Virus record (IMG/VR): IMGVR_UViG_3300045988_067909
Reading direction: 5' to 3' (one strand)
DNA length: 64,000 nucleotides
From: a virus
The notes under the pieces were generated by a model that saw only the letters and a program-made list of their open reading frames with translations, was not told the DNA's origin and searched no databases. A program made the translations under genes and the position numbers. This document shows, in pieces, positions 48,069 through 59,021 of this stretch (the stretch's first letter is position 1; every line of letters starts with the position of its first letter).

Positions 48069-49445
48069 ATGTCTAAAGAGCAAGATGTAATAAAGTGGTG
48101 GCTATCCTATTCTGAAGAAGAAGCTAAACGTCGTAAAGAAGAATGGCTAGATGAGCACAATAAGTCTAGGCTATATAATGAAGTATTAGATAAGCTAACA
48201 GAGAAAGAGTTTAATACTGTATTACATAATACCATCAACGATATAAGATTCCATATGACTGATTCTTTTATGCATATATCTAAAGAAGAACGTGATACTT
48301 GGAATAAAGTCACATATGAATCTTTAACCAAGACAGTATCCGCAGAATCTGATGGTCTTATGTCTAAAGAAGATAAAAAGAAGTTAGATGATATACATGA
48401 AGGTGCTAATAACTATACTCACCCTAAATATAGACCAGTAACGTCTTATAAATTTAAGAAAGTTGATGAGTATGGTCACATCTATGGTTCATCTGAACCA
48501 GATGTATTACCAGTGACTGTAGACTCTGTAGATACATTGAATGGTAAACCTATTGAGTATTTTGCTAAGAATAATAACCAAATATTCAATAATATAACTG
48601 TGCCAGATGTAGATATCTCTACAGCTAAAGATAATACAGCTATTAATTATAAGACAATGAAGTCTTATGTATTAGATGGTGCTATACAAGTTACTAATAG
48701 TAATACAAATCTTGATACAAGAAAGCTTTGGTATAATACTAAAGATAATAAAGCATACTATTATCAAAGTAATATATGGAAACCATTCTCTATACCAGAT
48801 AAACCTGTGACATATAATGATAATGGGGTTATAGACAGCTCTTTATTACCATTAGTAGGATATCCTATAGGGTCTGTAGTTACTGTATATGGTAATACTA
48901 TCCCTCAAGGGTGTTTATTATTAGATGGATCCATTATATCTAAGGCAGACTACCCTAAATTATGGGATAGAGTATCACGATACTATAAGATAATATCTGA
49001 TAACGAGTATAACTCTTTACCATATGAGCATGCTACTACATACTTCTCACTTGTAGCATCAGATTCTGATAAATTTAGATTACCTAATTTATACAATCTA
49101 CATTTAAGACCTACGAGTGAAACTAATAAGCAAGGTGCACTACAACCTAACGCTAAACGTGCTAATATATATGGTACATTCCCAGTGACCCCATTTAATG
49201 GATATTCATTTCCGGAAGATATCGCACTCTATAATAAATATCCTATCGTTAAATGTGAACAAAGACCGATGACTACGTTTAGTTATGGGTCACCATATTA
49301 TAATGAATGGGGTTATATGGGTTATGAATATGCTAATAAGAATCGTGAATCATTAGACAATTACTATAAGCCTATAATAAATGAATCTAGTCAAGGTTTC
49401 TCTCCTAGATCTGTAACTGTTTTGTATTGTATTAAAGCTAAATAG
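48069..49445 (+). CDS. Tail fibre or receptor-binding protein paralog 3 (458 aa)
   Basis: HISKEERDTWN, GLMSKEDKKKLDDIHEGANNYTHPKY. C-terminus ...LYCIKAK. Confidence 0.65.
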   Translation: MSKEQDVIKWWLSYSEEEAKRRKEEWLDEHNKSRLYNEVLDKLTEKEFNTVLHNTINDIRFHMTDSFMHISKEERDTWNKVTYESLTKTVSAESDGLMSKEDKKKLDDIHEGANNYTHPKYRPVTSYKFKKVDEYGHIYGSSEPDVLPVTVDSVDTLNGKPIEYFAKNNNQIFNNITVPDVDISTAKDNTAINYKTMKSYVLDGAIQVTNSNTNLDTRKLWYNTKDNKAYYYQSNIWKPFSIPDKPVTYNDNGVIDSSLLPLVGYPIGSVVTVYGNTIPQGCLLLDGSIISKADYPKLWDRVSRYYKIISDNEYNSLPYEHATTYFSLVASDSDKFRLPNLYNLHLRPTSETNKQGALQPNAKRANIYGTFPVTPFNGYSFPEDIALYNKYPIVKCEQRPMTTFSYGSPYYNEWGYMGYEYANKNRESLDNYYKPIINESSQGFSPRSVTVLYCIKAK

Positions 49446-49454
49446 GAGGTAGCT

Positions 49455-51167
49455 ATGGGTGACTTTAATAATGAACTAGATAAAATTAATAAAACCGAAT
49501 TAGCTTCCCCGTTATCTAAGCTAATTAATGATGGCTATGCTCATATGTATAACCAAAATATGCATACATCTGAAAATGAACGTGATGTATGGAATAAAGC
49601 AGCTAATACTGTACTGTATAAAGCTAATATAGATTTGAATGGATTACTATCTAAAGAGGATAAAGAGAAACTAAATTCTATAGAGAGTGGTGCTAATAAC
49701 TATACTCACCCTAAATATATACAATCTAATGCTGGTACGTATATATCTACAGTATCAGATGATTCTGGTCATGTAATATATGGTAGTAATCCAACGTTCT
49801 TAGATTGTACTGTAGAGAATGCAACTAAGCTTAAAGATACAATCTTTGGTGAATTTGTACGTGCATCTAATCAAGTATTTGGGGATAATGTAACAATAAA
49901 TCCTAATAGCGATGTATATGATGGAACACCTGTTACATTTAAAAACTTTAATGATTATAGATTGGATAAAGCATTCAATAAATCTATAGCTATATCTACA
50001 GATGACGATTCATTATTTGCTCAAGATGGTACATCTAAGTCTATACATTATGGACTAAATAATGATATTGTAATATATAAACGTACTGTATCATCATTAA
50101 CAAGCTATTCATTGGTTAATTCAGCAAATACTATAAAACTAGTAAATGGTAAAATACCAATTAGATATATTCAAGATGATGGTGTGCCTATTGGTACTAT
50201 ACTATTCTGGTTAGGTTCTAATATACCTGATGGATATTTGCCTATGAATGGTATGGCTGTACAAAAATCATTAGTACCAGAGCTTATTGAATATGCTAAT
50301 ACTAATGGTCTATTAGAAAACTGGAATAATATGATGGAAAATAAGTACTACAATGCTAAGTTTGTACTAAAAGATGATAAGTTATATATGCCGACTTTTA
50401 ATAGAGCCATTACTGTATCAGCAAATAATAATAGAACGCTATCTGGTAATATTTCTGAATGGATTACTAAATATATCCGTGGTACATTCCAAGTAGCATC
50501 TGGTGCTATACAGTGGAACCCTGGTCCTAATGAGTTCAACTCTAAACAGGATACTGGTGAGATTCACGTAAAGAACGATGATGGTACAGATAAATTCTTA
50601 ATTCCAGATCCATCTACAGATATTGGGCAAACATATTTAACTATGTATGATAGTGGTGCTGTAGTATCAGCTGGTGATGATATGGCACCAGCTATGATGA
50701 CTGTAAATTATATTATCAAAGCATCATCTACAGGGCTAAAACTAAATTACGTTAAACAACTAAGTTACGATTATTATAATATAGATAATGGTAACCAGGT
50801 TAGATTTAGCGATGTATTAGACCATATCAAGTGTAATAATCATAGACCTATTGTTGATGTGACTATAAGTAATAGAGGTATAGCTTTTAGTAACTCAGCA
50901 GAGATTGATGGGGTCTATGATAAATTACGTTATGAACGTTTAAATCCATATAGACAGTTGATTATTCGAGGTTTGGGCAAATCAATCTACTATCCATATA
51001 GTGTAGATTTAAACGAAAATAACTTAATTACTATTGCAGAAAACAAGGTTCCTAATAGTACATTTACTATTCAGGTGTCAAAGGCCGATCCATATGATAG
51101 AATGGAAAAGTTTGACAGTTTAAAAACTAGACTTGCTAGTTATGGAGTAACGCTAGTAAAAGTATAA
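49455..51167 (+). CDS. Tail fibre or receptor-binding protein paralog 4 (570 aa)
   Basis: HTSENERDVWN, GLLSKEDKEKLNSIESGANNYTHPKY. ...NYIIKAS segment. Confidence 0.65.
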   Translation: MGDFNNELDKINKTELASPLSKLINDGYAHMYNQNMHTSENERDVWNKAANTVLYKANIDLNGLLSKEDKEKLNSIESGANNYTHPKYIQSNAGTYISTVSDDSGHVIYGSNPTFLDCTVENATKLKDTIFGEFVRASNQVFGDNVTINPNSDVYDGTPVTFKNFNDYRLDKAFNKSIAISTDDDSLFAQDGTSKSIHYGLNNDIVIYKRTVSSLTSYSLVNSANTIKLVNGKIPIRYIQDDGVPIGTILFWLGSNIPDGYLPMNGMAVQKSLVPELIEYANTNGLLENWNNMMENKYYNAKFVLKDDKLYMPTFNRAITVSANNNRTLSGNISEWITKYIRGTFQVASGAIQWNPGPNEFNSKQDTGEIHVKNDDGTDKFLIPDPSTDIGQTYLTMYDSGAVVSAGDDMAPAMMTVNYIIKASSTGLKLNYVKQLSYDYYNIDNGNQVRFSDVLDHIKCNNHRPIVDVTISNRGIAFSNSAEIDGVYDKLRYERLNPYRQLIIRGLGKSIYYPYSVDLNENNLITIAENKVPNSTFTIQVSKADPYDRMEKFDSLKTRLASYGVTLVKV

Positions 51168-51195
51168 TTTTTAATCAACCGGAGGGTTAGTGTTT

Positions 51196-51828
51196 ATGAA
51201 CTATTTAATCAATCAAGTGAAAGCTCACTTGAAGATTATTATTGCTTTTATCGTGATTATCTTAATTTCTTTACTGACTATATTGTATTTTAAGCATGAA
51301 GCTAATGTAGAAGCTAATCGTTATAGAGAGATTCTTGATAACGTAACTAAGACTGCAGAATACAATAAAGAGTTAGCTAAAGAAAATAAAATAGTGATGG
51401 CAGCTATTGATGACTTACGTAATAATAAGCCAGTAAAAGAAACCATTACTAATAATAATACAGATACTATAAGATACATCGAGAAGACTTCACCAGAAGA
51501 TCCTGATGTAGTTGTCAATAAAGAAAAAACTGCCAGTATTAGATATAATGGAGAAACTTTCAGTACACCCTTACAATCTTCTGCGGCATCTAGTGTAGCC
51601 AAGGAAGATGGTACAGTAGAAATTAAACAAAAAGACGAAGTTGTTATTGACGTAACTGATATAGCTAATAGACAAATTGCTGCTCATGATTTAATGAGAG
51701 ATAAAGTCGAACAAGAGCTACGTGATGACGTCAAGAAACTTAAACATGAAAACAGAAATTACAAGATAGCTGGTGTAGCTTTAGGTACCGCTGGTATAGG
51801 GTATGCAATCTATAAGGCAAAGAAATAG
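51196..51828 (+). CDS. Membrane-anchored coiled-coil protein, 210 aa
   Basis: ATG 9 nt after GGAGGG. N-terminal transmembrane segment IIIAFIVIILISLLTILYF and C-terminal hydrophobic IAGVALGTAGIGYAIY. Confidence 0.55.
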   Translation: MNYLINQVKAHLKIIIAFIVIILISLLTILYFKHEANVEANRYREILDNVTKTAEYNKELAKENKIVMAAIDDLRNNKPVKETITNNNTDTIRYIEKTSPEDPDVVVNKEKTASIRYNGETFSTPLQSSAASSVAKEDGTVEIKQKDEVVIDVTDIANRQIAAHDLMRDKVEQELRDDVKKLKHENRNYKIAGVALGTAGIGYAIYKAKK

Positions 51829-51884
51829 GTCAATTAGGTGAAACATAAAAATAAGTCTTTATTTTTATTAAAGGTGGTGATGAA

Positions 51885-52682
51885 GTGGACTTTGAAGGTG
51901 CTACTGGTGTACTTTCTATGGTTAAAGATATAGGTGCTATAGAATTTATTCTAATCTTGCTAGTGGCATATGTAATCTACTCCAACCATACCAATACCCG
52001 AGCAATTCTACAATTATCAAGAAGAGAAGAATCAGCTAAGCCTTCTGATAAGTCAGTACAATCTGAAGAAGCTAGAATGATCAATACTATGATTGATGAT
52101 ATGAATCAGCACCCATATACATTAAATAAACTAAATGAGACATATACCAAAACAAATACATTAATCAAACACAAACTCAAAGAGACTGCTGATACACTTG
52201 GAGCTGAACGTATTTGTGTGTATATGTTTCATAATGGTGAGCATTCGGTTAATAATATACCTTTCTTAAAGACCACTTGTATTTGTGAATACATAGATAG
52301 ACATAAAGGGGCAACCAGTCTACTTATGACTCACAAAGGTGTACCTATTAACTTAGCTAGTGACTTATTTAAGCGTATCAATAATCATCAGATTACAGTA
52401 TTGTATCCTGATGATGAAAACGTTATTGATAGAGTCATGGCAAACTTCTTCTATAGAGAGAATGATAATAGAACTACAATAGTGGTTACTATATATGACT
52501 CCTCTAACCAACTGGATGAAAAACCAGTTGGTTTTCTAAGTGCAGATTTTGAATTTGACCATAGGTTAAAAAGTGAAGAACTTAAAGACTACTTCACTGA
52601 ACTTGAAGAGCTAGCAGACTACTTATCAGTATCTGTATTAATTAGCTATCTTTTCTTTCAAACTAAAAAGGAAAAAGAATAA
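51885..52682 (+). CDS. Hypothetical membrane protein, 265 aa
   Basis: GTG 5 nt after AGGTGGTG. N-terminal transmembrane segment. Confidence 0.5.
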   Translation: MDFEGATGVLSMVKDIGAIEFILILLVAYVIYSNHTNTRAILQLSRREESAKPSDKSVQSEEARMINTMIDDMNQHPYTLNKLNETYTKTNTLIKHKLKETADTLGAERICVYMFHNGEHSVNNIPFLKTTCICEYIDRHKGATSLLMTHKGVPINLASDLFKRINNHQITVLYPDDENVIDRVMANFFYRENDNRTTIVVTIYDSSNQLDEKPVGFLSADFEFDHRLKSEELKDYFTELEELADYLSVSVLISYLFFQTKKEKE

Positions 52683-52697
52683 GGAGGAAGTTCTTTC

Positions 52698-54272
52698 ATG
52701 TCTAAACCCCAATTACTTAATAGACTGAAAAACAAAACTGATTTAGTTACCTCTGGTAATCTGTTACAGTATTCTGATACTACGGGTAGATTAGTAGAAG
52801 ATACTGGTTTAAATGCCCAGCAGATTAAAGCAGCAACGCTAAACAATGCCAATATCGTTAGTCACTTAGCTAATGATGGTATCCATGTAACTAGAGAAGA
52901 AAAGAAGTTTATTACACAAGATCATACAGATCTTAATAACCACTTAGTAGACGCATCCTCACATATTAGCCCGACAGATAGGGCTAATTGGGATGCCAAA
53001 GAAACCCCTGAAGGTGCACAAGCTAAAGTTAATATGGCTGCTGCATCTTTTAATAGACATATGGCTACCAAATCTATTCACGTTTCTAATAGTGATAGAT
53101 TGTCTTGGGATGATAAATATACTAAAGCTGAGATTGATAATAAGTTTGTACAGCTAGAATCTAATAATACTTGGAAAGAAGCTGTAGATACTTTTAGTGA
53201 GATTGATATTATGTATCCTTCTCCTCAGCGTGGTTGGACTGTATCTGTAAATGATACTAATATTACATTCCGTTATGATGGTGATAACTGGATTCCTATC
53301 TCTAGTAACGCTGTACCTATGGCTACAGCTGCAGTAGATGGTCTTATGTCTAAAGAAGACAAAGCTAAATTGGATACAGTAGAAATGGGTGCTAATAACT
53401 ATGTGCACCCTAATAATCCATCTACAAGACACGTATCTGATAAGGAGAAAGCATTCTGGTCAGCTAAGGCTGAAGACCGTAATGCTACTTATCAATATGC
53501 TGGTCTTATGTCTAAAGAAGATAAGTATAAATTAGACAATATTGAAACTGGTGCAACTAACTTTAGTATGCCTAGCAAATTAGACCCAACTATTATTGAA
53601 ACTGATAATGATCATTTATTCGTTACATTGGAAGAAAAGACTAATTGGTCTAATAAAGCAAGCAATAACTTAGTTACACCAAATGTAAATGGTATTATGT
53701 CTAAAGAAGATAAGATTAAACTTAACTCTGTAGATATGAATGCCAACTATTACATTCATCCACAAACGCATGACCCTTCTATTATCTTAGAAGATGCTAG
53801 TCATAGATTTGTAACTGATGAACAAATCTTAGCATGGAATAATAAATTAGATGGTTCTTTAGCTACAGCCACTTCTAATGGTGGTATGTCTAAAGAAGAT
53901 AAAGCTAAGTTAGATTCCATCGAAGAGGGTGCTAATAAATATAAGCTCCCAGCACAATTACCACCAACTATCATTGCTCAAGACCCTAATAATAGATTCT
54001 TTACTGATCAAGAAAGACAATCTCTTGCTGATAAGAAAGACTCTAAAGCAATCCTATTAGGTACAGCAGAGTTCAATGGTAGAACTGGTACTATTATCCC
54101 ACATAGCTTTGAGAATACATCATTCTCTGTAGCTATTACTCCAACAGCAAACCCTAATGGTTTGATTGGTGAAGTATGGGTTAAGAAAACTAATACAGCA
54201 TGTATCGTATACTGCTCTGGTGCAGGGGATGCTAAAATCCCATTCGATTATATGCTGATTTATTATAACTAA
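52698..54272 (+). CDS. Fibre-like protein made of 5-6 tandem copies of the family repeat unit (524 aa)
   Basis: Repeated H[IV][ST]xx[DE][RK]xxW[ND] and G[LIG]MSKEDKxKL[DN]x[IV][ED]xGA[NT]x[YF]xxP units. Confidence 0.65.
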   Translation: MSKPQLLNRLKNKTDLVTSGNLLQYSDTTGRLVEDTGLNAQQIKAATLNNANIVSHLANDGIHVTREEKKFITQDHTDLNNHLVDASSHISPTDRANWDAKETPEGAQAKVNMAAASFNRHMATKSIHVSNSDRLSWDDKYTKAEIDNKFVQLESNNTWKEAVDTFSEIDIMYPSPQRGWTVSVNDTNITFRYDGDNWIPISSNAVPMATAAVDGLMSKEDKAKLDTVEMGANNYVHPNNPSTRHVSDKEKAFWSAKAEDRNATYQYAGLMSKEDKYKLDNIETGATNFSMPSKLDPTIIETDNDHLFVTLEEKTNWSNKASNNLVTPNVNGIMSKEDKIKLNSVDMNANYYIHPQTHDPSIILEDASHRFVTDEQILAWNNKLDGSLATATSNGGMSKEDKAKLDSIEEGANKYKLPAQLPPTIIAQDPNNRFFTDQERQSLADKKDSKAILLGTAEFNGRTGTIIPHSFENTSFSVAITPTANPNGLIGEVWVKKTNTACIVYCSGAGDAKIPFDYMLIYYN

Positions 54273-54358
54273 TCAACAAAATAATATAGACTTGGGATGA
54301 ACACGGATCCTAAGAATATCTCTTTTTACTACAATATTACTAAAACTTTTTTAGATGA

Positions 54359-54383
54359 CCCATATAGGCATTGCCTATATGGG
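54359..54383 (+). terminator. Hairpin CCCATATAGGC-att-GCCTATATGGG
   Basis: 11-bp perfect stem after the 524-aa gene. A T-run lies upstream and a modest T-content downstream. Confidence 0.45.
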
Positions 54384-54485
54384 TTATCTACTGTCTCAAT
54401 ACAATGAAATATAATTTTGGATATATATTATAACTGTGTAGTAATTATAGTAAATTTGTTTTATAGTTAAGGAGGAACAATTACT

Positions 54486-55070
54486 ATGGAAAAGCAAAAA
54501 TTTAATTTAAGAGAACTAATTGGTCAATTCAGAACATTTGACTTTGCGTCTTATGATTTGAATTGCAGTTCCAAAAGAACAGCTGTTTACTCAGCTAAGA
54601 AAGGTAACACACTTGTTACTGTATGGACTAATGAGTATGAAACCGAAGATGGTTTCATTACACCATTAATCAAAGTTAAAGAAAAAGAGAAAGTAGATGT
54701 AACTACAGAAGTCTATAAGAGCACTACATTAGAAGATATCTTAGCGGTAGCCAATACTGGTGAATTTTGCATTAGTCAAGACACAGACCACAAGACACTA
54801 TTGAAAGTATCTTGCCGTGCATCTGCTAAAGTATTGGCAACGAACTCCAAAGGTAAACCTATGTTTAGATATACAGTTACTTTTGATACATTCGTTCCAG
54901 TTAATGGGTACTTTAACCCTAAAATCATCATTAGTAAAATTAAACCACGTGGACCAGTCTTCTTTAACTGGAAACATGATGACTTCTCTGATAAAATCAC
55001 ATTAGAGAATGCTGGTTTTGCATTTGTAGATGAAGCAGTCAATGCATTATTAGAATCCGAGGAATGGTAA
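54486..55070 (+). CDS. Hypothetical protein, 194 aa
   Basis: GGAGG ribosome-binding site. Confidence 0.65.
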   Translation: MEKQKFNLRELIGQFRTFDFASYDLNCSSKRTAVYSAKKGNTLVTVWTNEYETEDGFITPLIKVKEKEKVDVTTEVYKSTTLEDILAVANTGEFCISQDTDHKTLLKVSCRASAKVLATNSKGKPMFRYTVTFDTFVPVNGYFNPKIIISKIKPRGPVFFNWKHDDFSDKITLENAGFAFVDEAVNALLESEEW

Positions 55071-55071
55071 T

Positions 55072-55851
55072 ATGACAGTCAGTATAAAAGATAATAAAGC
55101 ATTTGTTAGACGTATAGCTGCATCCATAATACCACAAAAATTGGTAACTAGAAAAGAATCAGTATATGTAGGTGATGATGCACTAGTAGTTAACTCATCA
55201 ATATATATTAACAACAGCACGACTTCTGAATACAGCTCAACTGGTCCAAATATTATTTTGTCTAGTATGATGATAAGACCATTCGAATTATTAGAAATGA
55301 ATGGTGTTGCTGTAGATGATATTACATCATCTAAAATTCGCATCTATGATGATAAAAAATATGTGATTGCTGATGGACATAACACATCATCTTTTATAGT
55401 AGATGATGAATACACAGATACCTTGATATTTAGTGATTCATATAATGAGTTTATGAATATGATCCAGGTTAAAAATAAAAAAGTCGGATCTGTTATGAAT
55501 ACCCTATGTAGCCGTAAGTTACACCATTCTATTGAATATGAAGTAAATAGTAAACTATATTCTGCTACATTGAAATCAGAAGTCGAAATGGGTAAAGACT
55601 TAGACACCTATTCTATGTATATAGAAGATTCTACTAATGTATATACACATACTTCGGCTAAAGATATTATAGATGAATTATTAGCTTTACCATATGAGTT
55701 TCATGGTACATGTATAAACTATAGTGCTATAGATTGTACTAGAAGCTATGGTAAATTTGTAATTGATAAAATGCGATCTGAAGCCGAAGCCAATCAAATA
55801 ATATTATACGTAGATAATAATACAAACAATATTGCTAGACGTCTTATTTAA
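55072..55851 (+). CDS. Hypothetical protein, 259 aa
   Basis: Tightly packed with the neighbouring genes. ATG start. Confidence 0.6.
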   Translation: MTVSIKDNKAFVRRIAASIIPQKLVTRKESVYVGDDALVVNSSIYINNSTTSEYSSTGPNIILSSMMIRPFELLEMNGVAVDDITSSKIRIYDDKKYVIADGHNTSSFIVDDEYTDTLIFSDSYNEFMNMIQVKNKKVGSVMNTLCSRKLHHSIEYEVNSKLYSATLKSEVEMGKDLDTYSMYIEDSTNVYTHTSAKDIIDELLALPYEFHGTCINYSAIDCTRSYGKFVIDKMRSEAEANQIILYVDNNTNNIARRLI

Positions 55852-55865
55852 CCAGGAGGATAACC

Positions 55866-56513
55866 ATGTTTGATTTCAAAGAGAAATTGAGTGAAGTTAA
55901 AACTATGATTGTCAATAGTGTGAATATAGAATTCACACCAGACATCAAAACTATAAACTATCTTTATATCAATAAAGAGAATATGTCTGTCGAAGTCAGA
56001 ACAAAAGAATCTTGTCGAGAAGATTTAATGGATTACTATGATAAAGCAGAATATGAGTTTATAAATAAAGATGACTTAGCTGAAGATTATGTTAAAGGCC
56101 TAGGTGTAAATATCTTAGACGTAGTAGACATATCTAAACATGTAATTGCTACTGATAAAGATAAACCATTCACACTATATGATGCTTTAGATAATCTTAC
56201 TGCAGGGACTTTAGATATCGTATATGATAGAACTAATAAAGTCATTAAGTTTGGTCTTAGTCATTTTACCTGTATTACTGATGCTATTGGTGACTATGGT
56301 GTACAAATCAATACAGACTTACATTATAAGCTACAAGTATTTAGTGATCTAACTAATACTGAAATCTTCAGTAAGTTAGAAAACTATGGTGGTGACACAG
56401 CTTTTACTGTAATGCCATATAATGATGACGGTAATATCACATATAGATTTACTGTATATGATGTAGAAGATACTTTCGATATCATTAACGATATCGTGAA
56501 TTCACTTATTTAA
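55866..56513 (+). CDS. Hypothetical protein, 215 aa
   Basis: AGGAGGATAACCATG. Confidence 0.65.
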   Translation: MFDFKEKLSEVKTMIVNSVNIEFTPDIKTINYLYINKENMSVEVRTKESCREDLMDYYDKAEYEFINKDDLAEDYVKGLGVNILDVVDISKHVIATDKDKPFTLYDALDNLTAGTLDIVYDRTNKVIKFGLSHFTCITDAIGDYGVQINTDLHYKLQVFSDLTNTEIFSKLENYGGDTAFTVMPYNDDGNITYRFTVYDVEDTFDIINDIVNSLI

Positions 56514-56525
56514 GGAGAGACAGTA

Positions 56526-57272
56526 ATGGCTAGAAAAAGCAAGAATATTAAAGTGCAATCAATTGAAGAGATTGCAGATATTGAAACACCTAAAGAGGAA
56601 CCAACTACAGTAGTGGAATCTACAGAAGAAGAAACTGTAGAAGAAGCTACTACACAAGCACCTCCATTAGAAGATCTTATTAACGAAGAACCACGTGAAG
56701 TATTGACTTTCGACAATCTTTCTACTTATAACGATAAGTTTCTTCGTGATAAGATGATTGACTTATTAGACGCAACTAATGAAGTTGATTTCCGAATCAA
56801 TGACAATAATATACCTAATAAGTATTACATTACCAAAGGTAATGCCAGAGTATGCTTCTTCTCTAAAGATATAGAAGTGACTTCGTTAAGTGATACTAGA
56901 AAAGCTATTCTTGATGCTCTATCTAAAGTAGGTCACGATGATAAATTACTTGGTATCACTGTAGATACAGATCTTAGTTATAAATACTATGAAGATGAAT
57001 CTATGCTACCAGCTTTAAATATCACACGTACCATTAGTCTTGTAGATGCAGACAATAAATTTGTAACTATTGTATCTCAATACGTTATTGAGACAGCTAT
57101 AGCAGTAGCCCATATGTTTAAAGCATTATGTCGTGAACTATCTCAACGTAAGTTGAATGGTAAAGTTGTGGCTATTAACTATGCTAAAGATATTGGCTTA
57201 GTTGTATTGCATGATAAGTATATCGGTATTGAAGAAGTAATTAATACTTTGGATGATATGTATCGAGGCTAA
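56526..57272 (+). CDS. Hypothetical protein, 248 aa, acidic N-terminus
   Basis: AAGGAGAGACAGTAATG. Confidence 0.65.
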   Translation: MARKSKNIKVQSIEEIADIETPKEEPTTVVESTEEETVEEATTQAPPLEDLINEEPREVLTFDNLSTYNDKFLRDKMIDLLDATNEVDFRINDNNIPNKYYITKGNARVCFFSKDIEVTSLSDTRKAILDALSKVGHDDKLLGITVDTDLSYKYYEDESMLPALNITRTISLVDADNKFVTIVSQYVIETAIAVAHMFKALCRELSQRKLNGKVVAINYAKDIGLVVLHDKYIGIEEVINTLDDMYRG

Positions 57273-57273
57273 T

Positions 57274-57636
57274 ATGAAATCTGTGTTACATTTTGAGTTA
57301 GAGGGTGAGTTAGTCACCCTCACTCGATATGATGATTTCGGGAATACTATTGGTATAGAAGAAGCGATGTATCCCGATATCTGTATGGAAGAAGAGCTTA
57401 TCTGTTGTATGATGGAGATATTCGATACTGTAGTTAAAGGATATAATAGTGAGATAGTAAAGCTGACTACGATGTATGATGATAAATTTATTAATGTGGA
57501 AATCAATACTAGGAATGACACTATTACATTTGACAACTACTATGACGAATTTCAAATGGCTGATATAATGGATACAATCATAGAGTCTAATATGACTATG
57601 GATAACTTTAGATTTCTTCGAGGTGAAATGATATGA
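57274..57636 (+). CDS. Hypothetical protein, 120 aa
   Basis: ATG directly after the upstream stop, with GAGG 7 nt upstream. The track start at 57253 overlaps the upstream gene. Confidence 0.55.
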   Translation: MKSVLHFELEGELVTLTRYDDFGNTIGIEEAMYPDICMEEELICCMMEIFDTVVKGYNSEIVKLTTMYDDKFINVEINTRNDTITFDNYYDEFQMADIMDTIIESNMTMDNFRFLRGEMI

Positions 57637-58139
57637 CGGATAGAGAAACATATGATGGTATATACAAGACCGTAGCAGATATAGTATTCGAGAAAGGATT
57701 AGCTAGAACACAATCCACTTCAGTATACTTAGATGGTAATGGTCATGTAGGTATTACATATTCCACAGGAGCTATGCATATTACTGATAAAGAATATTGC
57801 TTAGGCTCTAATATGGAAATTAATGTATTTGATACAGATCTTAATAAAGATACAGTAGAATCATTAAAAGATATGCTATTGATTTTACACTCAGATGCAT
57901 ATGAAAGATATGGTGATGTAGAAGTCAAAACTAATACATTATGTGCATTACCTGATACTATTGAGTTTGATGAAATATATGAAACCAATAATCACTATGC
58001 ACCGACAGCATATCTATTTTATGACGATATAAAAATCTATAGTATAGATTTATCTGGGTTTGTAACACCAGAAGATATCCTCAAGATTAAAGATAGTCTA
58101 ATTGACTATTTCAAAGGTTTTGAATATGAGTTCTATTAA
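57633..58139 (+). CDS. Hypothetical protein, 168 aa
   Basis: ATGA overlap with the upstream gene. Confidence 0.6.
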   Translation: MTDRETYDGIYKTVADIVFEKGLARTQSTSVYLDGNGHVGITYSTGAMHITDKEYCLGSNMEINVFDTDLNKDTVESLKDMLLILHSDAYERYGDVEVKTNTLCALPDTIEFDEIYETNNHYAPTAYLFYDDIKIYSIDLSGFVTPEDILKIKDSLIDYFKGFEYEFY

Positions 58140-58193
58140 AATTTACTAACATATTTGTATCTTAATCATATACAAATAGGAGTAAATAGAACG

Positions 58194-58313
58194 ATGGATA
58201 TTTTTATAATAGGTTTATCGTCTACAGCCTTAGTATCCCTACTGGTATATGCTAGTATTCACTTTGATTGTAGATATAAACATGATTTTTACGAATCTAT
58301 ATATAAGAAATAA
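58194..58313 (+). CDS. Possible 39-aa single-transmembrane peptide (MDIFIIGLSSTALVSLLVYASIHFDCRYKHDFYESIYKK)
   Basis: ATG 11 nt after AGGAG. Hydrophobic helix. A terminator follows immediately. It is short and therefore speculative. Confidence 0.25.
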   Translation: MDIFIIGLSSTALVSLLVYASIHFDCRYKHDFYESIYKK

Positions 58314-58320
58314 GTAAAAT

Positions 58321-58357
58321 CCAGGTATAGGAAATTCCTATACCTGGTATATTTTTT
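58321..58357 (+). terminator. Hairpin CCAGGTATAGG-aaatt-CCTATACCTGG followed by TATATTTTTT
   Basis: 11-bp stem with a T-run. Confidence 0.65.
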
Positions 58358-58368
58358 AGGAGGCAATT

Positions 58369-59010
58369 ATGTTAGATACAGATACATTAATAAAAGGATA
58401 TAGTTTTGAAAAGTTTACTGAAAAGATTAGAAACCTAACCAACTCTGAAGTTGGTAATTATAAGAATAAGCAAGTTTTTATTACTGAACGTGTTGATGAC
58501 TTCAACCCAGAAGTACTAATTACTAGAGCTATTCTTTTAGATAAAACTGAAAAGGATAAAGAATATGATGCATCAATAACTGTACGCCGAAACTCTAAGA
58601 ACTTCTGTCCTAAGATGGATACTATTACCGCATTTCGTGTACTATATGAAACTGATTGGGCTGATAATGGTAGATTTAATGTTATAGATTGCAAGTTTAG
58701 TGTAGCATTATCATATAATGCTGATAATAAAAGCTTGACATATACTCATCTATATAGTAAATACAGAAAAAATAGACTGATTCATACTGTATGCTATAGT
58801 GTAACAGAACGATTAGACGAAGCTGCCAATTTATACATAAGCAGCGTATTCAATTCAGCTAAGAAGTATGATGGTATACATAATACAGCATACAAAGTTT
58901 TATATACGGATTTAGATACTATTCATATTCTACCACCAGCACCCATATTCGACTATGGTATATCTGAAGCTTTAGATTTCTTATGTGATACTATAGTTTT
59001 AAATAATTAG
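58369..59010 (+). CDS. Hypothetical protein, 213 aa
   Basis: AGGAGG ribosome-binding site. Confidence 0.65.
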   Translation: MLDTDTLIKGYSFEKFTEKIRNLTNSEVGNYKNKQVFITERVDDFNPEVLITRAILLDKTEKDKEYDASITVRRNSKNFCPKMDTITAFRVLYETDWADNGRFNVIDCKFSVALSYNADNKSLTYTHLYSKYRKNRLIHTVCYSVTERLDEAANLYISSVFNSAKKYDGIHNTAYKVLYTDLDTIHILPPAPIFDYGISEALDFLCDTIVLNN

Positions 59011-59021
59011 TAATAAGAAAT

